Assembly: GCA_002794465.1 (NCBI GenBank)
Contig: MTSL01000095.1
Location: 4,345 to 36,344 of the forward strand
Direction of reading: 5' to 3'
Source of the DNA: Paramicrosporidium saccamoebae KSL3
Lineage: Eukaryota; Fungi; Cryptomycota
Length of the DNA stretch: 32,000 nt
Positions 25,547-32,000 of this stretch are shown in pieces. The position numbers and the translations under genes are program-made. How positions within the stretch are numbered: position 1 is the first letter of the stretch; each line of letters opens with the position of its first letter. Below the pieces are notes generated by a model, which was not told where the DNA came from, ran no database searches, and saw only the letters and a list, made by a program, of their open reading frames with translations.

Positions 25547-25933
25547 TTATTGCAGGCTGCGGGGGGGAGTGCATAACGGAACAAAATCCCCAATGAAAAA
25601 ATTTCCATTACAAATTTCGCAACGTCCGTCTGCCTTACTGTCCAGTAAGACGGACAAATCACACATTGCTTTTTCTAGGTATTCGGTGATTCCCAATAAA
25701 GCTTTGCTAATCACTAACCCGGCGAAGATGGTTGAAAGGAAGCCGAATCCATTATTGGCAAAATTCCAAATAGTTCTATACATGGATTCCACTCCTTGTT
25801 GTAAAAAACGACTCGGGTAATCCTGCACGGATGTGTGTGCTATCAGGATCGCCAACAAGAGTGTCACTGCTGTAGCACTTACGTTTGATTGCAGTGAAAC
25901 GCGTAATCCCATCGAAAACCCAATCCAGGGCAT
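25547..25933 (-). CDS. Family A small membrane protein, divergent copy A3 (shifted start; may be a pseudogene)
   Basis: VSATAVTLLLAILIAHT..QDYPSRFLQQGVES..NFANNGFGFL aligns with A2. The ancestral ATG position reads GTA (25882); in-frame ATGs lie at 25912 and 25933. Confidence 0.55.
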   Translation of the reverse strand: MPWIGFSMGLRVSLQSNVSATAVTLLLAILIAHTSVQDYPSRFLQQGVESMYRTIWNFANNGFGFLSTIFAGLVISKALLGITEYLEKAMCDLSVLLDSKADGRCEICNGNFFIGDFVPLCTPPRSLQ

Positions 25934-26134
25934 GTCAAAGCTTGGCCGGCTGATTTCTGATGAAAATTCTGATCCGAGATGCCTTTCCAATAAGATTTAT
26001 GAGTTGACGCTCTCCGATGCTGCAATGCAAAACAACTATCCCAGCCTTACTCTTCAAATGGACAAGTCTCCTGATGTTGCGTGGTCATGGGATCATCACA
26101 AGGTGAGACAGTGGCCCCGGCATCAAGCATCATT

Positions 26135-26848
26135 ATGACTTGCACTGAGAATGTAACACTGTATGAAGAATTGCTCAAAAAGACTGAAGAGTATGTCAAG
26201 GTGTACATGGCACAGTACAATGACACTTCTCACGACTGGTCACATATCCAACGCGTCCGCAAAATGGCCCTCAGTATTGCCCAGCTGGAAGAACGCCCCG
26301 TCAACATGCAACTAGTCGAATTGGCGGCTCTGCTCCACGATGTCGGCGATGCCAAATTCCTGTCGTCTGGCACAGATTGCGAGACAATCCTCCGAACTTT
26401 TATGACTGAGGCGGGTTATCCGACACATCTCCAAGAGGGCATTCTCTGGATCCATCAACGGGTCTCGTTTCGATACGAACTGGAACATCCGGATAGTCAC
26501 ATTGGGCTCTATCAATGGGAGTTGGCGTGTGTACAGGACGCCGACCGATTAGATGCAATTGGCGCCATTGGAATCGCCCGCTGTTTCTCGTTCAATGCGG
26601 TGCGCAACATGCCGCTCTGTGACCCAAACATTCCCCCCAATGTAAACGGCAACGCTGAGCAGTATAAAAAGTCGAGTGCAAAGTCGAATGCGAGAAATCA
26701 TTTCTATGAGAAGCTGTTTAAGATTAAAGGGATGATGAAAACCGAGGCCGGCAAGTCCGAAGCTTCAAGGAGACATTGTCTGATGCGGGAATTTATCCTG
26801 GAATTTGATCGCGAATGTGGATTAGACTCGTCCCTACTCCCCTCATAA
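26135..26848 (+). CDS. HD-domain metal-dependent phosphohydrolase (YpgQ-like)
   Basis: SHDWSHIQRV, AALLHDVGDAK, VQDADRLDAIGAIGIARCF, HFYEKLFKIKGMMKT. Start at 26135 or 26087. Confidence 0.88.
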   Translation: MTCTENVTLYEELLKKTEEYVKVYMAQYNDTSHDWSHIQRVRKMALSIAQLEERPVNMQLVELAALLHDVGDAKFLSSGTDCETILRTFMTEAGYPTHLQEGILWIHQRVSFRYELEHPDSHIGLYQWELACVQDADRLDAIGAIGIARCFSFNAVRNMPLCDPNIPPNVNGNAEQYKKSSAKSNARNHFYEKLFKIKGMMKTEAGKSEASRRHCLMREFILEFDRECGLDSSLLPS

Positions 26849-26915
26849 TAAAATCACCCACATCTAGAGTCTATGAGGAGATCCTAGTGGCTTTTGTCAA
26901 CTCGCAACATTAATT

Positions 26916-27801
26916 TTATTTCTTGTTACCAGCAATTGACGCCACCCGTGTCGCCTCTTGGACGGTCCTGGCTAGGACACTCCTAATTTTCCCATCTTCC
27001 ATTGTGAGAATCCCAGCAATTGTGCATCCGCCGGGTGTCGTCACTGAATCCTTAATCTGCGCCGGGTGTAAGCCGCTCTGCAATACCATCCGTGCTGCTC
27101 CTTGCAAGGATTGCGCTGCCAGCTCCACTGCAACATCTCTAGTTAAACCCATCATCACTCCGCCATCGGCTAATGCGTCAATCATAATGCTATCATTAGC
27201 ATTCATGCGAGTAGACGGTACCAAGCAAAAGCAGGACCGCTGCCGCAGAGGGCAGTTACGGCGTCCATGTGGCGGTCGGCAACGAAGCGGATGCGTCCCA
27301 AACATTGCATCAAATGTTCGACGGTGCTGCTGACTTTGGAGGGGAGGGAAGGCGGAGTAGCGAGTACGACCATCCCTTCGCGGATCTGACAGGGAGTGTT
27401 GGTCATTACACGGACGACGTGGCTTTCAGGGAACCATTCCTGGCATTTTGTGAGCGTAATTCCTGCCGCTATGGAAACAACAATCTTTTCCTTGCACAGC
27501 TGCCTAATTCGGTCAGTCGCATAATCCTCCACCATTTGGGGCTTCAGACTACATGATCAGAAGAACCAGCTGGCCAATACCAAAGGAGAATCACATTGGC
27601 CCATTCTGTGGTTTCTTCGTTTCCGCACGCAAACTGCGAGGCGGGAAAGAGTCGTTTTAATCGTACTACCGTCTCCTCGCGGCCTGCCGTTCCGCGGATC
27701 TGTGAAGCTTCAAGAGTTCCAGACTCGATGAGTGCAGCCATTATACATTTTCCCATAGTACCACAGCCGATTATTCCCAGTCGCACTTCAGCAGTCTCCA
27801 T
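26916..27801 (-). CDS. PRO3: Pyrroline-5-carboxylate reductase; join 27801-27581, 27548-27222, 27189-26916 (273 aa)
   Basis: IIGCGTMG, C|LKPQ, VSIAAGIT, RVMTNTP, TALCGSGPAF, V.TPGGCTIAG. Two 32-nt introns join three track ORFs; total 822 nt, in frame. Confidence 0.93.
27190..27221 (-). other. Spliceosomal intron, 32 nt
   Basis: GTACCG...GCTAAT GATAG; restores GPAFACIMIDALADGG. Confidence 0.9.
27549..27580 (-). other. Spliceosomal intron, 32 nt
   Basis: GTATTG...CTGAT..TAG; restores VILLCLKPQ. Confidence 0.9.
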
Positions 27802-27907
27802 TGTGACTAATAAACAATGATTATGTTATCTTAAGCTTGTGATGATCGGCAGGGGGATGTGGTTGTGTCAAAGACCACACGATGCAGCCAATTGTCGAGA
27901 GATAATG

Positions 27908-28528
27908 CTATAGTTTACTGATGCCAATGGGTATCTTTGTATAGAGATTATAGTCAAAGTCAAATTCCGCCTCCTTGCCATAAGCAATTTCAGCCACATG
28001 CACTAGGATATTGGCTGTCAGTGCCCAGATGCGTTGTCCGTATTGAAACTCGTGTACCCGGAATGGCACTCCATTCCAAAAGGAAATTGAAGTGGCGTGA
28101 TATGTCAATTGGAGAAAGATGGTTAGTGGGACAGTGAATGCCAACTCGACTTCATCGTAGTTGGGCGTTGGGGTGAATTCAGGTGGAACAATGGCCACTA
28201 CGGGGAACACAATTATGCCCATCCGTGACACAATGGGCGTCATTGTGGCCACCACCTCACAGTCTACGAGTCCAATTTCCTCATTGGCCTCCCGAAGCGC
28301 CGTATCAATGGGACTACTGTCAGTCTCCTCCTGCTTGCCGCCTGGGAGTGACACTTCGCCTGGATGCATTGTCAGGTGTGCAGAGCGCAGAGTAAGTATC
28401 ACATGGTATTCTCCATTCCGCTTCTGCAATGGCACCAGAACGGCCGCCTTGGGCAGTGGATGATTCCATGTGAATGGAGTGACGGTAGGAAGGTGATTGA
28501 CCAGCCTCTCAACATTAAAGTCCGCCAT
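27908..28528 (-). CDS. PCD1: Nudix CoA diphosphatase (PCD1/NUDT7 type) with PTS1
   Basis: AAVLVPL, LTLRSAHLTMHPGEVSLPGGK (CoA motif), ALREANEEIG Nudix box, IWALTA, C-terminal SKL*. First ATG is 28528. Confidence 0.9.
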   Translation of the reverse strand: MADFNVERLVNHLPTVTPFTWNHPLPKAAVLVPLQKRNGEYHVILTLRSAHLTMHPGEVSLPGGKQEETDSSPIDTALREANEEIGLVDCEVVATMTPIVSRMGIIVFPVVAIVPPEFTPTPNYDEVELAFTVPLTIFLQLTYHATSISFWNGVPFRVHEFQYGQRIWALTANILVHVAEIAYGKEAEFDFDYNLYTKIPIGISKL

Positions 28529-28673
28529 AATTAAACGCTCCAATAAGAATGTGGCACAGTCAAGGTATGCAAAGCGAATGCAAGGATTGGAGAAGGAGAG
28601 ACGGCATGGTTATCGGGCCCTCATTGGTCAGATCCGATAAACATATAAATGTACCACGCGCAAAAGAAACGCC

Positions 28674-30656
28674 ATGCAGACGATCCCCCAGGCACAACCG
28701 AATCGACCGCGACGTGCTAGCGAACCATTGTCTCGTAGTCCTTCATCGCTTCACAGCCTACTCCGCTCCCATGATTATTTTTCCCGTCTGGACGAGGTGG
28801 TTTTGGAGCGGATCATTGGCAAATTGCATATATGGCGGTTGGAAGCGGGAGATTTGGTGGTGAAAGAGGGTGAAATGGGCGATTCAATGTTTCTGGTTGC
28901 CAGTGGCACAGTGCAAGTCTATTCGGAGGGTACAGAGGCGGTGCTGGCTGAAGTGCACCGTGGAGGATTCTTTGGGGAATTTGCTGCCTTATTCAGGGTG
29001 CCCCGAACAGCCACTATTAGGACAAAGAAGCCTACCACTTTATTAATAATCAGAAGAGCATGCTTGTTAGAGGCACTAGCAGGACATGAGGACATGCTGC
29101 GATCAATTGTAATGACAGCCCAGCGTCGGTATCGCAAGTTGATTCCCCCGCATGTCGTTTTGGGACACAAATCCACCGCCCATTCACAAATAGCCGCGCT
29201 CAAGAGCAAATTCCCTCAATTCAACGGATTGGGCGACGATTATCTCGAGAGCCTTATTGGACATTGTCGGTTCGGATGTGAACCACAAGGACAGATAGTC
29301 TCTTTCTACAACAAAACCCACGTCATCCTCATCCTCACCGGAGAAATCCGGCTTATAGACTCTACTGTCGATTTTGCGCAATTTGGAAGCGGAATGGTGG
29401 CAGAATTCAAACGCGATGACTTTATGGCGCACATGGTAGCTGAGAGCAATTGTTCGTTCATTGAAGTGCCTATTGACATTTACCACACGGCTCATGATGG
29501 AAAGACTTTACCCAAAGCCATGGCCAAATCGTCGGATGGCCCAAATGTCCCACTAAGCAGTACGATCCAGCAATCGCTTGGAAGCAAAAGACGGCATTCC
29601 GTTGACGTCGTTTTCTGGCACGACCAAATCCCAACTCCAAATGCACGAATGGTCCACTCGTTTCGTCAACTCTCCATCACAGCGGGACCGGACATTGCTG
29701 AGCTGTGTGAACTCCTCAATACCCACAACATCCGTGTCGACGATCCTACCAAAGTGCTTCCCGGTCTGGACGGGACGCGTATTGATATTTCATGTATTAA
29801 GAACCAAGTGACTGATGCAATTGTGGGAAATCTCATCACACTCTGCGGACCGGTCCTAAGACAAGTGAACCTTTCAGGCTCTGGAATTACTGACAAGTCT
29901 CTTGATGCACTTTGTGGCGTTGCAAAGACCATCACTCACCTTGACCTGTCAGACTGTGTCTTGGTCAGCAGCAAATCATTGTATGCACTATTTCAAAACT
30001 GTACTCGTCTGACCCATCTAAACGTGGCAAATTGTCCTGGCTTCAATGACGACTGTCTCCAAGGTCTGCTTGACACCCCTTTGGTAGACATTAATGCCTC
30101 ATTCTGTCGAAACTTGGGTCCCTCATGCTGGAAGCTTATTGCCTGTCATGCGCCCACTCTGGAGCGTCTGGTGCTTCATCGAACCATTGCCCTTGACGAG
30201 GAATCGGTTCTCTCTGCCAGTGAGGTTCCGTTCCCCAAACTGCGTATCTTGGATTTGGCGGAATGTGCATTCCTCACATCAACGGGTCTGCGTCTGATAC
30301 TGCATGGATGTAGTGCTCTCGAGCAATTGGGTCTGTCTTTTTGCACTGGTCTTGACGAAACACTCTTAAAGACGCTAGCATATCTAGAGGACTCACCTCT
30401 TATCAGTTTGGATCTCTCATACTGTACCCGGGCAGCCGTTGATCGCACCGTCAAAGGACTATTGAAATGCACACCGCGTTTGCAATGTCTCAGTATGCGT
30501 GGAGCCCGACATTTGACTGTTGGATGCTTGGATGCACTGCTACAACTACCCGTATTGTCAGTGGTGAATCTGAGTGAGTGTCCGGGTATTCCCTGCCAGA
30601 CGCTCCAGAACCACACAAACCAGTGGAGGTTACTGACAATTGAGAAACTCATCTAA
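28674..30656 (+). CDS. Cyclic-nucleotide-binding domain plus leucine-rich-repeat (FBXL/AMN1-like) protein
   Basis: N-terminal cNMP domain (VVKEGEMGDSMFLVASG, GGFFGEFAAL..VPRTATI), a degenerate second cNMP-like domain, then Cys-containing LRRs (LDLSDC, LNVANC, LDLAEC, LGLSFC, LDLSYC). Confidence 0.85.
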   Translation: MQTIPQAQPNRPRRASEPLSRSPSSLHSLLRSHDYFSRLDEVVLERIIGKLHIWRLEAGDLVVKEGEMGDSMFLVASGTVQVYSEGTEAVLAEVHRGGFFGEFAALFRVPRTATIRTKKPTTLLIIRRACLLEALAGHEDMLRSIVMTAQRRYRKLIPPHVVLGHKSTAHSQIAALKSKFPQFNGLGDDYLESLIGHCRFGCEPQGQIVSFYNKTHVILILTGEIRLIDSTVDFAQFGSGMVAEFKRDDFMAHMVAESNCSFIEVPIDIYHTAHDGKTLPKAMAKSSDGPNVPLSSTIQQSLGSKRRHSVDVVFWHDQIPTPNARMVHSFRQLSITAGPDIAELCELLNTHNIRVDDPTKVLPGLDGTRIDISCIKNQVTDAIVGNLITLCGPVLRQVNLSGSGITDKSLDALCGVAKTITHLDLSDCVLVSSKSLYALFQNCTRLTHLNVANCPGFNDDCLQGLLDTPLVDINASFCRNLGPSCWKLIACHAPTLERLVLHRTIALDEESVLSASEVPFPKLRILDLAECAFLTSTGLRLILHGCSALEQLGLSFCTGLDETLLKTLAYLEDSPLISLDLSYCTRAAVDRTVKGLLKCTPRLQCLSMRGARHLTVGCLDALLQLPVLSVVNLSECPGIPCQTLQNHTNQWRLLTIEKLI

Positions 30657-30726
30657 TCATGCTACAACTGCATTACAAGCGATAAAACTAATAAACGATT
30701 GATATAACCGGTATGAGTAACGGGTA

Positions 30727-31428
30727 CTAGTACACTACAGTCCCTAGAGGCCTCAAGATGACAGGTTGTCGACACATGGGACAGGAGTGCACTCTTCGCA
30801 GCCACTGGGCAGCACAAGCTTTATGGAATGCGTGTCCACAAGTCAACTTGCACACTTGATCCGTCATTTCATCTGCACAGATGGGACAGTCTTCTTGGGT
30901 CCTAATCTCAATTCTATAGTTATTTGTCTCTTCTAGGTAAGGCGACAAGTCCACTGGCAGATAGCCCATTATCAATTCTTCCAGAGTCCCAACGTCTTGG
31001 CTGCAGAGAACCCATCGGATAAGTAGCTGACGATAGTATGGAAGGCAGAATTGATGTGTAAGTCCCATGGTTCCCAGGAAATTGGCATGCACTCCCAGAA
31101 AGCGAAGCATTTCCGGACGAAGTTCGTGTGCACCCACCCACCTGCTATAGAGACCACCACAAAGAACAGTAAGCATCATATACGTTGTGAACAGTATGGG
31201 AAATATCTCCATCGAGTGCGTCATTCCCATAAATGGTCCACTTCTATATTTGCCCTCGTCCAGAGACGTAAGAAACTCCTGGAAGCATCTGCAGCCCACA
31301 TTTCGACGACACACTGCCACAATCATCCGGGCCACAATCAACATAACAAGTATGGCCTCGGGAATAAGGTCCCACCATCCCCGCAGCGCCAGTCTCCAGT
31401 CTTTGTGGTCGTAATACGATGACGCCAT
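30727..31428 (-). CDS. Membrane-anchored RING-H2 E3 ubiquitin ligase
   Basis: Two N-terminal hydrophobic segments; C-terminal CPIC..CGHAFHKAC..W....SCPMCR. Confidence 0.85.
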   Translation of the reverse strand: MASSYYDHKDWRLALRGWWDLIPEAILVMLIVARMIVAVCRRNVGCRCFQEFLTSLDEGKYRSGPFMGMTHSMEIFPILFTTYMMLTVLCGGLYSRWVGAHELRPEMLRFLGVHANFLGTMGLTHQFCLPYYRQLLIRWVLCSQDVGTLEELIMGYLPVDLSPYLEETNNYRIEIRTQEDCPICADEMTDQVCKLTCGHAFHKACAAQWLRRVHSCPMCRQPVILRPLGTVVY

Positions 31429-32000
31429 CGAGGCAAGCTAGACAGTCAGCTACGTGCGTTGTTCTTGTACCATCACAACACAAGCGACAATCCAGGCCAG
31501 TGATACCTTGGTGCCCTTCATCGTATCCCCCAGAAACTCTATCAATGCGCGGGGGTTTCAATCCTGTCAAAAGGCTTGTTTATTATTGGAGGAGAGTATG
31601 CCATATGTGCGAATCAGGGTTTTCAATCAAGGAGCACCATTACAAATTTTTATCTCCTGCACTCTCTCCTTTATAGAATAAAGCTACTCCTTGCATCATG
31701 CATTCCAATCTGTAAATTGAGTGTAACAAATGAGTTTATCGCGGACTAGCTACTACTAGTTGGACGAAAAAGTTCATTTTATTAAACTGTATTTGTGATA
31801 GTCAAGTAGGGACCCTTTGCTAGTCCGGACTCGTGGAGATACTATCTCATGGTGCTCTCCTCTATAGACCGCCACTCTCAATATTATGTACTTTAATTGT
31901 AGGATAACTATCTAGATTGGGCCCGCCAATAATTAGACACTGTCTTGTAATTATTCCACGATCTATGGACACGCAATAGCAAATAAACGCTAAAAGTTGG

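Noticed and set aside
31244-31681. ORFs at 31244-31570, 31419-31676 and 31454-31681
   Set aside because: Mutually overlapping, no motifs, and partly overlapping the RING gene.

Overview
Gene-dense eukaryotic DNA of fungal grade, with intergenic gaps often under 150 nt and 28-35 nt GT-AG introns. This resembles a compact Rozellomycota/early-microsporidian-type genome such as Paramicrosporidium; the taxon is an inference. Housekeeping genes: UTP25, DNA polymerase eta, a tandem tRNA-Asn/tRNA-Asp pair, short-form tRNase Z, Rieske protein RIP1, Spartan-like protease, CCA-adding enzyme, a probable CTC1-like OB-fold protein, an HD phosphohydrolase, P5C reductase, a peroxisomal Nudix CoA diphosphatase, a cNMP-binding/LRR protein and a RING-H2 membrane E3. 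Among them sits an expanded accessory family: three ~1000-1140 aa signal-peptide-bearing alpha/beta-hydrolases (S33/TAP-like domain behind a ~500 aa unrecognised helical region; the copy at 1-2943 is missing from the ORF track) and a fourth copy collapsed by a ~3.2 kb internal deletion (11021-11214). At two loci the hydrolase sits head-to-head with small signal-peptide plus TM proteins, and the whole cassette, non-coding DNA included, is duplicated in inverted orientation (~11021-12200 vs ~20950-25488). This cassette is the most interesting system I can see. All alignments were done by eye; no database searches were run.
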